DNA of 64,000 nucleotides from IMG/VR virus record IMGVR_UViG_3300005536_000001; one strand, given 5' to 3'. The position numbers and the translations under genes are program-made. Of the stretch, positions 50,612 to 58,127 are shown one piece after another. The stretch's first letter is position 1; every line of letters starts with the position of its first letter. Under the pieces are notes generated by a model. It searched no databases, was not told the origin of the DNA, and was given only the letters and a program-made list of their open reading frames with translations. The DNA comes from a virus.

Positions 50612-51790
50612 GTGGAACAGATCAACGATAAGCTCGTCAACTTCGCGTCCATTCTCGAAGACCAGACACGCAAGCAGGCCGAGCAGACTTCAACGATGCC
50701 GTTCATCCACCCACACGTTACGCTCATGCCCGACGCGCATCTCGGCCGTGGAAGTACCGTCGGCTCCGTGATTCCGACGCTCGGTGCCATCATGCCAGCA
50801 GCGGTCGGCGTGGATATCGGGTGTGGAATGATCGCAGTGCGCACGCAGTTCACCAAGCATGACTTCACGGAATCCGAGAAGTCTCTCACGGCGCTTCGGG
50901 AGCTGATCGAAGCAACCATCCCGACGTCGGCCGGCAAGTACAACACGGAACTCACGAACACCGCCAAGTTGCGCATTGACATCCTCAAGAGGAAGGCTCT
51001 CGAGTCCGCCGAGTTCAACCCGAGCGACTACTCGCACAACTGGGAACTCCAGCTTGGCACTTTGGGTGGCGGCAACCACTTCATCGAGATCACCATCGAC
51101 GAAATGGATCGCGTGTGGCTCTTTCTCCACTCGGGCTCACGCGGTGTTGGCAACAAGATCGCGCAGCGACACATCAAGATCGCGGCGCAGCAGTGCGAGA
51201 AGCGATGGATCAGCCTTCCGAACCCGGACCTCGCGTACCTCGTCGAGGGTGAGCCCGAGTTCTGGCGCTACATCCGCGAGATGCGGTGGGCTCAGGAGTT
51301 CGCATGGATGAACCGCGAAGAGATGATGGATCGTCTCATGCTGTGTGTTGAGGAGTGGAGTGGTGAATCGATCGAGGTGCAGGACACGGTGAACTGTCAC
51401 CATAACTACACCATGTCCGAAAAGCACTTCGGCAAGCAGGTGTGGCTGTCTCGCAAGGGTGCCATTGATGCGTCACTTGGTACCATGGGTCTCATCCCAG
51501 GTTCGATGGGAACGGCATCGTACGTGGTCGAGGGCAAGGGCAATCACGTCTCGCTCAACTCTTCACCACACGGCGCGGGACGCAACTTCTCGCGTAAGGA
51601 GGCACGGAAGATGTTTACGCATGACGATCTTCGTGAAGCGATGAAGGGCATCGAGTATCGTGACTCCGCGGCGTTCGTGGACGAGATCCCCGGCGCGTAC
51701 AAGGACATCGACGTCGTGATGGCCGATTCCACCGATCTCGTCACCGTCAAGCACACGCTTCATCAGATTCTCAATGTGAAGGGCGACTAA
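50612..51790 (+). CDS. rtcB: RNA ligase RtcB (3'-phosphate/2',3'-cyclic phosphate to 5'-OH)
   Basis: 392 aa. GTG follows AGGAGAG. Motifs DAHLGRGSTVGSV, GVDIGCGM, GGGNHFIE, HSGSRGVGN, CHHNY, GSMGTASYVV, SSPHGAGR. Confidence 0.9.
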   Translation: MEQINDKLVNFASILEDQTRKQAEQTSTMPFIHPHVTLMPDAHLGRGSTVGSVIPTLGAIMPAAVGVDIGCGMIAVRTQFTKHDFTESEKSLTALRELIEATIPTSAGKYNTELTNTAKLRIDILKRKALESAEFNPSDYSHNWELQLGTLGGGNHFIEITIDEMDRVWLFLHSGSRGVGNKIAQRHIKIAAQQCEKRWISLPNPDLAYLVEGEPEFWRYIREMRWAQEFAWMNREEMMDRLMLCVEEWSGESIEVQDTVNCHHNYTMSEKHFGKQVWLSRKGAIDASLGTMGLIPGSMGTASYVVEGKGNHVSLNSSPHGAGRNFSRKEARKMFTHDDLREAMKGIEYRDSAAFVDEIPGAYKDIDVVMADSTDLVTVKHTLHQILNVKGD

Positions 51791-51791
51791 C

Positions 51792-51986
51792 GTGTCCGCG
51801 CTCAACCAGACATCACTCTGGGTGATCTTTATCATCCTGACTCTCTTCGCACTCGCGTCAGCTCTTCTCTCGGTGTCGGCACTAACTCAACTGAAGAGCA
51901 CAAAGTCGGTGCTCATTCCAATCGCCGTATTCCTCATCTCGCTGTGCGGTATCATCTTGGTAAACTTAGTGACATCGCCCAACTAA
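51792..51986 (+). CDS. two-TM membrane protein
   Basis: 64 aa. The GTG is 1 nt after the rtcB stop. Confidence 0.5.
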   Translation: MSALNQTSLWVIFIILTLFALASALLSVSALTQLKSTKSVLIPIAVFLISLCGIILVNLVTSPN

Positions 51987-52030
51987 TCCCGATACCTGAT
52001 TTCTAGCCTGCGGAACTGAGGAGAGATACA

Positions 52031-52348
52031 GTGTACGAGGTAGAGATTCAGAACGGACTCGATCTGCTCGACGAGAAGCTTGGCCGTGATGTTTGGCTCT
52101 CCCGAATCGACCCGGCTCGAATTCGCATGTTGAATCCTTGGGGTTGCGTCGCAGCGCAGGCAACGGGCGTAGGTTATGACGGTGCGCTGACTGTGCTTGA
52201 GATCGCGTACTTGACTGATGCTGTGAAGTACGGATTCGAGCTCCAGCACAATCACCTCACAACTCCCATCGTCACGATCCAGGCAAACTGGAAAACACTC
52301 GAGCGTGAGTGGCAGGACACCATTGCTGCCATGAAGTTCCCCGACTAG
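52031..52348 (+). CDS. hypothetical protein
   Basis: 105 aa. GTG follows GAGGAGAG. Confidence 0.55.
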   Translation: MYEVEIQNGLDLLDEKLGRDVWLSRIDPARIRMLNPWGCVAAQATGVGYDGALTVLEIAYLTDAVKYGFELQHNHLTTPIVTIQANWKTLEREWQDTIAAMKFPD

Positions 52349-52364
52349 AAGGGCAACACCAAGC

Positions 52365-53354
52365 ATGCGTAAGTTCATCGCGGCCGGCGTCGTCGGCGTT
52401 CTCTCGCTCGTGCCGGTGATTCTGTGCTCACCATCGGCCAAGTCGCAGGTCACCGACTCGGTACCGAGTGGCGTGTGTAAGATCGACGGTATGTGGAAGT
52501 TCACCGAATCACGTGCGCACTCCCCGGTGCGAGTCCAGGACTTCGTGCCTGACGGTCTCATACTTGACATCACAGGACCGCGTGCGCAACAAGATCCGAC
52601 GACAGTCTCCCCAGCAGGCGGGAAGGTTGCCGGCTATGTGGCCGTCACGCCAACTCTGCTCGCTGATGTTGATATCGCCTCACTGGACTTCGTGCAGTCG
52701 GTCGGCTCAGCAAAGCCGGGCTACCAGCTCGTCGTTGACCGCACGCCTTCCGATCCCGATGATGGCTACGATGGCATTCTCGTCGGTGAACCCAGTGCGT
52801 ATGGCGATATCTGGTGGGCATCAAAGCCATCACGATGGGTTGGTGGTCCGGAGAACATCACCGTACCGACGAACACGGACGTGGACGGGACGCTCGCTGA
52901 TTTCGCCGGGTTTGACCCGGATGCTAAAGTTGTCGCTGTCGGCTTCTCGCTTGGCACCTTGGGTGTCGGCACCGAAGCACGTGGTGTTCTCAAGACGTTG
53001 ACGTTCAATGACAGTGTCTGGAACTTCAGCCTGTGCACTCCAACTGAAACGACTACGACGACTTCACCGACCAGCACGACAACGACCACCTCTACAACCT
53101 CCTCTACCACCGCCACGACAACTACCCCACTGACAACTACCAGTACTACGTCTATGACGTCTGTCGAGAGTTCTACGTCGGCTACAACGTCGACTACGCA
53201 GCCCGCGGTAGTTCCGGTTGGCTCTACCTCTGGACTTGCGAACACGGGAACATCAGAAATTGGCACGTACCTGGGAATCGCAGGATTCCTGATCGCACTC
53301 GGACTTGGTTCGTTCGTTTGGCTGCGTGTCCAGCTCAGGCGCGAACAAGTTTAA
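52365..53354 (+). CDS. cell-wall-anchored surface protein (LAxTG sortase signal)
   Basis: 329 aa. N-terminal signal peptide. Thr/Ser-rich stalk. C-terminal LANTG followed by a hydrophobic helix and an RVQLRREQV tail. Confidence 0.75.
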   Translation: MRKFIAAGVVGVLSLVPVILCSPSAKSQVTDSVPSGVCKIDGMWKFTESRAHSPVRVQDFVPDGLILDITGPRAQQDPTTVSPAGGKVAGYVAVTPTLLADVDIASLDFVQSVGSAKPGYQLVVDRTPSDPDDGYDGILVGEPSAYGDIWWASKPSRWVGGPENITVPTNTDVDGTLADFAGFDPDAKVVAVGFSLGTLGVGTEARGVLKTLTFNDSVWNFSLCTPTETTTTTSPTSTTTTTSTTSSTTATTTTPLTTTSTTSMTSVESSTSATTSTTQPAVVPVGSTSGLANTGTSEIGTYLGIAGFLIALGLGSFVWLRVQLRREQV

Positions 53355-53515
53355 GTCACACAGAATTCGGCATAGCTTAATCACCAGTGATCACGGCCAA
53401 TGTCCCGTGAGAGCGAAAAAGCCTGTGGCCTGACGGACACAGAGATCCAGTGAGTGGTCAACCTGGTGTCGTCTCCATTAACATCAACCTCAAAGTGATC
53501 ACAGGATAGGAAGTC

Positions 53516-54253
53516 ATGTCTCGTCGTCTCATCTCGGTCGTCATGCTTCAGCGCACGCTCAAGGCGCGAGTCAGCACGGTCGTGAACGAAGCATACAAGA
53601 ACGTGCAGAAGGCGCCACTCTTCGCGGGTATCGCGCGTGAGTACACTCCCAAGGCAGAAGAGGGCCAGAAGCTTCCGTCTGAGGCACTTCAGGTCCAGCT
53701 GGTGGCCTCTTCGCTGATCAGTGCCATTGCGACTGATCTCGGTCAGCTGTGGGACCTGACCGCAACGCGTGACGCGGGTAACCAGGTTGCCAAGGGCAAC
53801 GTTGTTGTGCGTGGCCGTGTCATCCTGAACGACGTCTCGAGCAGCAACCTCCTCTTCCTGGAGAAGCAGCTCATCGATGTTCGTACGTTCATCACCGCGT
53901 GCCCCGTGCTCGACACGGCCAAGGAGTGGACGACCGACGAGATCACTGGCATCAGTCGCACCCGGCCGGTCGAAACGACCCGTTCGGAGAAGATCGAGGA
54001 AACGGTCGTCGTGGTGCCGCCCAACGAGCGTCACCCGGCACAGACTCGTGATCGCGTGCGTGACCAGATCGTCGGCACGTGGGCCACGACTCACCTCTCT
54101 GGTGCACTCACGGCGCTCCAGCAGCACAAGCTGATCAATCGCGTGAACGAGCTCATCGACGCGGTGAAGATCGCGCGTGAGGAAGCCAACCTCGTCACCG
54201 TCGAGGACGTGAAGGTCGGCGACGCTCTCTTCGGCTTTCTGCTCGAAGAGTAG
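53516..54253 (+). CDS. hypothetical protein
   Basis: 245 aa ORF lying directly upstream of the tRNA-like cluster. Confidence 0.6.
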   Translation: MSRRLISVVMLQRTLKARVSTVVNEAYKNVQKAPLFAGIAREYTPKAEEGQKLPSEALQVQLVASSLISAIATDLGQLWDLTATRDAGNQVAKGNVVVRGRVILNDVSSSNLLFLEKQLIDVRTFITACPVLDTAKEWTTDEITGISRTRPVETTRSEKIEETVVVVPPNERHPAQTRDRVRDQIVGTWATTHLSGALTALQQHKLINRVNELIDAVKIAREEANLVTVEDVKVGDALFGFLLEE

Positions 54254-54345
54254 CGGGTTTGATAGAGTTTCCTAGTCGACAAACTGCTTGAAAATCTTCG
54301 GACTTCAATCGGTGTTCGTCAGGGGAATGTTCGGGCTGTAAGGTT

Positions 54346-54433
54346 TACACGGGAGCTCACTCGGTTCAGAGCATCCTGGCTGACTGTGGTGGTGAAGCCA
54401 GGAAGGTTGCGGGTTCAAATCCCGTCCGTGTAG
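54346..54433 (+). tRNA. tRNA-like gene with expanded anticodon arm (anticodon not assignable)
   Basis: Acceptor TACACGG/CCGTGTA. D arm GCTC-ACTCGGTTCA-GAGC. T arm GCGGG-TTCAAAT-CCCGT. The anticodon position holds an 8 bp stem (TCCTGGCT/AGCCAGGA) with a 14 nt loop. Confidence 0.45.
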
Positions 54434-54468
54434 CGCGGTACCAACCTCAATCTCATGAAGTGCAAAAA

Positions 54469-54544
54469 CCCAGGACATAGTGCAGGTTCGAACCCTGCCT
54501 CCGGCACTCAAGTCGGAGTAGCCCAAACTGGCAGAGGCGCTGGG
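54469..54544 (+). ncRNA. permuted tRNA-like module 1 (3' half, loop, 5' half)
   Basis: Order along the strand: CCCAG, T arm GCAGG-TTCGAAC-CCTGC, CTCCGGC, loop ACTCAA, GTCGGAG, TA, D arm GCC-CAAACTGGCAGA-GGC, CTGGG. The acceptor and anticodon stems pair across the permutation. Confidence 0.55.
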
Positions 54545-54636
54545 CACGACCTTATCAGCTTCAAGAGTCATCCTGTCGTACCACAACCTCAGCTTAAGCT
54601 TGTGCGATCCCGGATCAATCGGGTGCGACCTAATCA

Positions 54637-54707
54637 GCTCAAGACCCGGGTTCAAATCCCGGGGCAGCCTCTGCGTGGCTGCCTGGTGTTAGCGGTAACA
54701 CGTGAGC
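54637..54707 (+). ncRNA. permuted tRNA-like module 2 (3' half, loop, 5' half)
   Basis: Order along the strand: GCTCA, AGAC, T arm CCGGG-TTCAAAT-CCCGG, GGCAGCC, loop TCTGCGT, GGCTGCC, TG, D arm GTGT-TAGCGGTA-ACAC, G, TGAGC. All four helices are perfect. Confidence 0.6.
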
Positions 54708-54765
54708 GAATTAAACCTGAGTTGCATCCTTAAACGTCGCCGGGTTCGTAATCACAGGCAACAAC

Positions 54766-54837
54766 CGACACGTAGCTCACTTGGCAGAGCAACAGACTAT
54801 TAATCTGTATGAACCGGTTCGAATCCGGTCGTGACAA
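54766..54837 (+). tRNA. tRNA with anticodon loop CTATTAA (anticodon ATT)
   Basis: 72 nt cloverleaf. D arm GCTC-ACTTGGCA-GAGC. Anticodon stem ACAGA/TCTGT. T arm ACCGG-TTCGAAT-CCGGT. Acceptor CGACACG/CGTGACA has C1-A72 and A3-A70 mismatches. Confidence 0.55.
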
Positions 54838-54846
54838 CACTTCTAT

Positions 54847-54882
54847 GGGGGCCGGGCCAGGGTAGGCTCGGTCCCCTCTTTT
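54847..54882 (+). terminator. intrinsic terminator after tRNA cluster
   Basis: GGGGCCGGGCC-AGGGTA-GGCTCGGTCCCC followed by TCTTTT. Confidence 0.65.
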
Positions 54883-54914
54883 AATTCCCACCCGGGATTT
54901 AAATAGGAGAGCGC

Positions 54915-55235
54915 ATGGGAGCTATGATCAGCGAACCCTCTGGACCCCGTGAGCCTGCGGTCAGTGTAGTCAACCTGCCGCCAGTGATCCGAGAACCGGC
55001 CCCAGAACCTCCTCTGCCACTCGAACGACAGGTCGGGGGTAACCACTACCGGGGCTTGGCGATTCAGCCAATCGAGTACATCCTGGCGAACTCACTGGAC
55101 TTCTGCCAAGGTAACGTGATCAAGCTCGTCACTCGGTACCGCGATAAGGGCGGTATCGAGGATCTCAACAAGGCTATCCACTACATCGAATTCATGAAAG
55201 CACAGGCAAATGACGAAGATGCCTCAACCCTCTGA
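54915..55235 (+). CDS. DUF3310-like protein
   Basis: 106 aa. QVGGNHY, IQPIEYI, GNVIKLVTRY, EDLNKAIHYIEF. RBS AGGAGAG. Confidence 0.6.
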   Translation: MGAMISEPSGPREPAVSVVNLPPVIREPAPEPPLPLERQVGGNHYRGLAIQPIEYILANSLDFCQGNVIKLVTRYRDKGGIEDLNKAIHYIEFMKAQANDEDASTL

Positions 55236-55449
55236 TGCGCCTAAGCCCGGCTTCATCCGGGTAAAATACGAGTTGGTGTACACGAGCGATGTTCCACTCA
55301 GTGCTTACCCTGATATGTCAGTGGAAGAAGCCGTCAAGTTCGAACTTGAAAGTGATGTTGAGACAATCATCGAAGCCATCACTGGTTCAGATGGCGCTGA
55401 AGATGATAGACTCATCGTAAGGTGTAATGCAGAGTACATCACCGAGTAA
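55210..55449 (+). CDS. hypothetical protein
   Basis: 79 aa ORF. Overlaps the upstream gene by 26 nt. Confidence 0.5.
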   Translation: MTKMPQPSDAPKPGFIRVKYELVYTSDVPLSAYPDMSVEEAVKFELESDVETIIEAITGSDGAEDDRLIVRCNAEYITE

Positions 55450-55467
55450 CGATCAAAGGAAAGTAAG

Positions 55468-56433
55468 ATGCTCATCATATTGGAAGGGCCGGATTGTAGC
55501 GGAAAATCAACTCTTGCGAGCAAACTAGCGTGTGAACTCGAGAAGCGATTTCCCGATAACACCGTGACTCTTCTCCACAAGGGTCCACCGGAAGTACACC
55601 CACTTGACGAATATGAAACACCCCTGCTGGACTATCGTCCACAGCGAGGTCATCACATCATCTGTGATCGTTGGCATTGGGGTGAAAGTGTTTATCCCAC
55701 AGTGTTGAACCGTCCAACGCTCATGGATGACGGTGTTCGTCTTCACATCGAGATGTTTTTGCGTTCACGCGGTGCCATCGTTGTACACGTGTCGGCCAGC
55801 GACCGTGTACTTGATCAGTGTATCTCTCGTCGCGGTGATGATCTCATCGAGGCAGGTAAGGGACATCAGCTCAACGAATTGTATGAAATCGTTGCGCAAT
55901 CAAGTCTTCTGCCTATCGTCAACGTGGATGGTCGGCACGTGATTGATGACACGATCCAAGCAATCATTCACCGTGCAGGTATCGAGTCGACAGCGGCCGT
56001 GAAGCTAAATCCATTCACGACGTACATCGGACCGCCGTCACCGCGCATGCTTCTTATCGGCGATGTGCGACACCATGTCGATCCTGATGCTTCTGCATCT
56101 GATCCTCGGCCTGCATTCATGCCATATCAGTCAACCTCTGGGCATTTCCTCACTAATGTACTTGCGCGACACGCTGACATTCGCGAACTTCGCACGATGG
56201 GTATTGTCAACGCATGCGATGTGGATGACATCGATCTTCTGCGTCATATGCTCGATAGGCCTACATCGGTTGCTCTTGGACGCAAAGCATTCAAAGCTGC
56301 GCACTGGGCTGACTGGCCGGTGTCACACCCACAATTCATTCGTCGTTTCAAGCACAGCACAGGTTCGACATACGTGAACGATATTCTTGGTCGCGGTCGG
56401 ACAGATTTTTATGATCGTGTTGAAAGGCTCTGA
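55468..56433 (+). CDS. thymidylate-kinase-like dNMP kinase fused to a uracil-DNA-glycosylase-superfamily-like domain
   Basis: 321 aa. N-terminal ILEGPDCSGKST P-loop and CDRWHWGESVY (Tmk-like DR motif). C-terminal LLIGDVRH, FMPYQSTSGHFL, GIVNAC, VALGRKA, VSHPQF, in the order of UDG-superfamily motifs. Confidence 0.6.
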   Translation: MLIILEGPDCSGKSTLASKLACELEKRFPDNTVTLLHKGPPEVHPLDEYETPLLDYRPQRGHHIICDRWHWGESVYPTVLNRPTLMDDGVRLHIEMFLRSRGAIVVHVSASDRVLDQCISRRGDDLIEAGKGHQLNELYEIVAQSSLLPIVNVDGRHVIDDTIQAIIHRAGIESTAAVKLNPFTTYIGPPSPRMLLIGDVRHHVDPDASASDPRPAFMPYQSTSGHFLTNVLARHADIRELRTMGIVNACDVDDIDLLRHMLDRPTSVALGRKAFKAAHWADWPVSHPQFIRRFKHSTGSTYVNDILGRGRTDFYDRVERL

Positions 56434-57302
56434 TGGAACTGAAGCTGAACGACCTGCGCGGCGATTACGTCAAGTTGGTCAATTACATCATCAATAAGGG
56501 TGAAAGCGTTTCAGCACGTGGAATTCCAACACGTGAACTCACTGCAGTGACGTTGATTGTTCCCAACACCCTTGAGCCGCTACTTCCAGTCGGTGTTGGC
56601 CGTGGTGTGAACTTGAAGCTTGCGGCGCTTGAGGCGCTCCAACTCATCTCTGGAACTCCACGCTCCGACCTAGTCAGGGTAGCTGCTCCAACGTTCGAAA
56701 GTGTCCTGGTGGATGCTACGGACCCTGATTACGGTGCCTACGGACCTCGCGTGGTGCAGCAACTCGCGGACTGCATCGAACTTCTCAAGGAGGATCCGTC
56801 CAGTAGGCAAGCCATCGCAGTCATCTGGACCAAAGCTGACCTACGGCACATCGGTGACAAGCCATGCACCGTGTTCTTTCAGTTCCTCATCCGTGAAAGC
56901 GGTCACGGCTTCCCAGCTCTCGAAATGCACACGCATATGCGCAGCCAGGACGTGTGGTTGGGCGTACCGTACGACTTCTTCATGTTCACCCAACTTCAGC
57001 ACACCATCGCATACGAACTGCACATGCCGGTGGGCAGGTACGTGCATCACACGACGAGTCTGCACATCTACGAGCGTGACATCGAAGCAGCGGGTAAGTT
57101 GCACATGCCAACTGATTTCACGTTCATCGATTTGCCGCTCGGCGTATGCTCAGCGAGTCGTGATGCATCCTCACTGGACGTCGCAGCGTATCTCCTCGAG
57201 GGCAACACCACGCAGGAGGAAGATGAAGCCAACCCGTGGTACACCAAACAACTCGACCTGATCGAAGCACTTCTTCCCAATGAAAACGTGGTGTCAGCGT
57301 GA
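56433..57302 (+). CDS. ThyA-family pyrimidine C5 transferase, Asp variant (candidate dCMP hydroxymethylase/methylase)
   Basis: 289 aa. Catalytic KPCTVFFQF. RSQDVWLGVPYDFFMF aligns to the ThyA motif RSCDVFLGLPFNIASY, with Asn replaced by Asp. Start overlaps the upstream stop. Confidence 0.65.
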   Translation: MELKLNDLRGDYVKLVNYIINKGESVSARGIPTRELTAVTLIVPNTLEPLLPVGVGRGVNLKLAALEALQLISGTPRSDLVRVAAPTFESVLVDATDPDYGAYGPRVVQQLADCIELLKEDPSSRQAIAVIWTKADLRHIGDKPCTVFFQFLIRESGHGFPALEMHTHMRSQDVWLGVPYDFFMFTQLQHTIAYELHMPVGRYVHHTTSLHIYERDIEAAGKLHMPTDFTFIDLPLGVCSASRDASSLDVAAYLLEGNTTQEEDEANPWYTKQLDLIEALLPNENVVSA

Positions 57303-57991
57303 GTGACGAAGATAACATCAACGAACAGCGCATCTATGAAGATGATACACAAACGAAGCCAATCGGTTTCGTGTGGCAAGTCAACGTGATATTGCCAAGT
57401 GGTGCAAAAGAAAAGCACTACGCATGGAGTTCGGTGCAAGGATACAAGTCTCCATTCTTCTGCACAACCCGCACAGCTGCCATCGCAGCACTTCGTGAAC
57501 ATTCCAAGTTGCCTGTGAAAAAGACCCGTCCCTCGATGGACCAGACACTTATGCAAATGGCAAAGCTGATGGCAGATCGTGCCACCTGTTCGCGTGCCCA
57601 AGTCGGTGCTGTCATTGTCATTGAGACGAGGCCAGTGTCCAGTGGATACAACGGCACAGCGACCGGACTTCCACATTGCAATCACGCATGCGACTGCACA
57701 AAGCTTCCGACGAACCCTGACCCCAAGCACCATTGGGCTGACTGCAACTCAAGGCAACCTTGCCGATTCAGCGTGCACGCTGAAGCTAATGCCATCGCAT
57801 TCGCCGCGAAAAACGGCGTGTCAACTAATGGTGCTACGTTGTACACGACCATGGCTCCCTGTCTCGAGTGCGCCAAGCTGATCGTGAACGCGGGCATTGT
57901 TCGTGTCGTTGCGGCATCGCAATACCGTGATGATAGCGGTACACGCTTGCTTCATCAGCTCGGTGTGGAAGTACGCGCAGAACTTCTCTAG
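57299..57991 (+). CDS. dCMP deaminase family protein with ~80 aa N-terminal extension
   Basis: 230 aa. HAEANAI and PCLECAKLI zinc motifs. Cys/His-rich insert. GTGA overlap with the upstream gene. Confidence 0.8.
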   Translation: MSDEDNINEQRIYEDDTQTKPIGFVWQVNVILPSGAKEKHYAWSSVQGYKSPFFCTTRTAAIAALREHSKLPVKKTRPSMDQTLMQMAKLMADRATCSRAQVGAVIVIETRPVSSGYNGTATGLPHCNHACDCTKLPTNPDPKHHWADCNSRQPCRFSVHAEANAIAFAAKNGVSTNGATLYTTMAPCLECAKLIVNAGIVRVVAASQYRDDSGTRLLHQLGVEVRAELL

Positions 57992-58013
57992 TGTTAGGAA
58001 CATAGGAACTTAG

Positions 58014-58127
58014 ATGGAAATCATAATCGTTCTTGCGGCAATTGCGTTTTTCTATGGTCTTGGGCGTAGGCATGGTCGTCGTGCTGTGCAGCGTCAGGCA
58101 CGTGTGTTTCTTGACTGGTTGAAATAG
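58014..58127 (+). CDS. 37 aa single-pass membrane micro-protein
   Basis: MEIIIVLAAIAFFYGLGRRHGRRAVQRQARVFLDWLK. Weak RBS AGGAA. Confidence 0.35.
   Translation: MEIIIVLAAIAFFYGLGRRHGRRAVQRQARVFLDWLK

Noticed and set aside
53381-54127. 248 aa minus-strand ORF
   Set aside because: It is antisense to the better-supported plus-strand gene 53516..54253, has no RBS, and has Arg/His-rich shadow-frame composition typical of GC-rich DNA.
54305-54655. 116 aa minus-strand ORF (and 54455..54733 on the plus strand) across the tRNA-like cluster
   Set aside because: Both overlap well-formed T arms and D arms, so the region is better explained as structured RNA.
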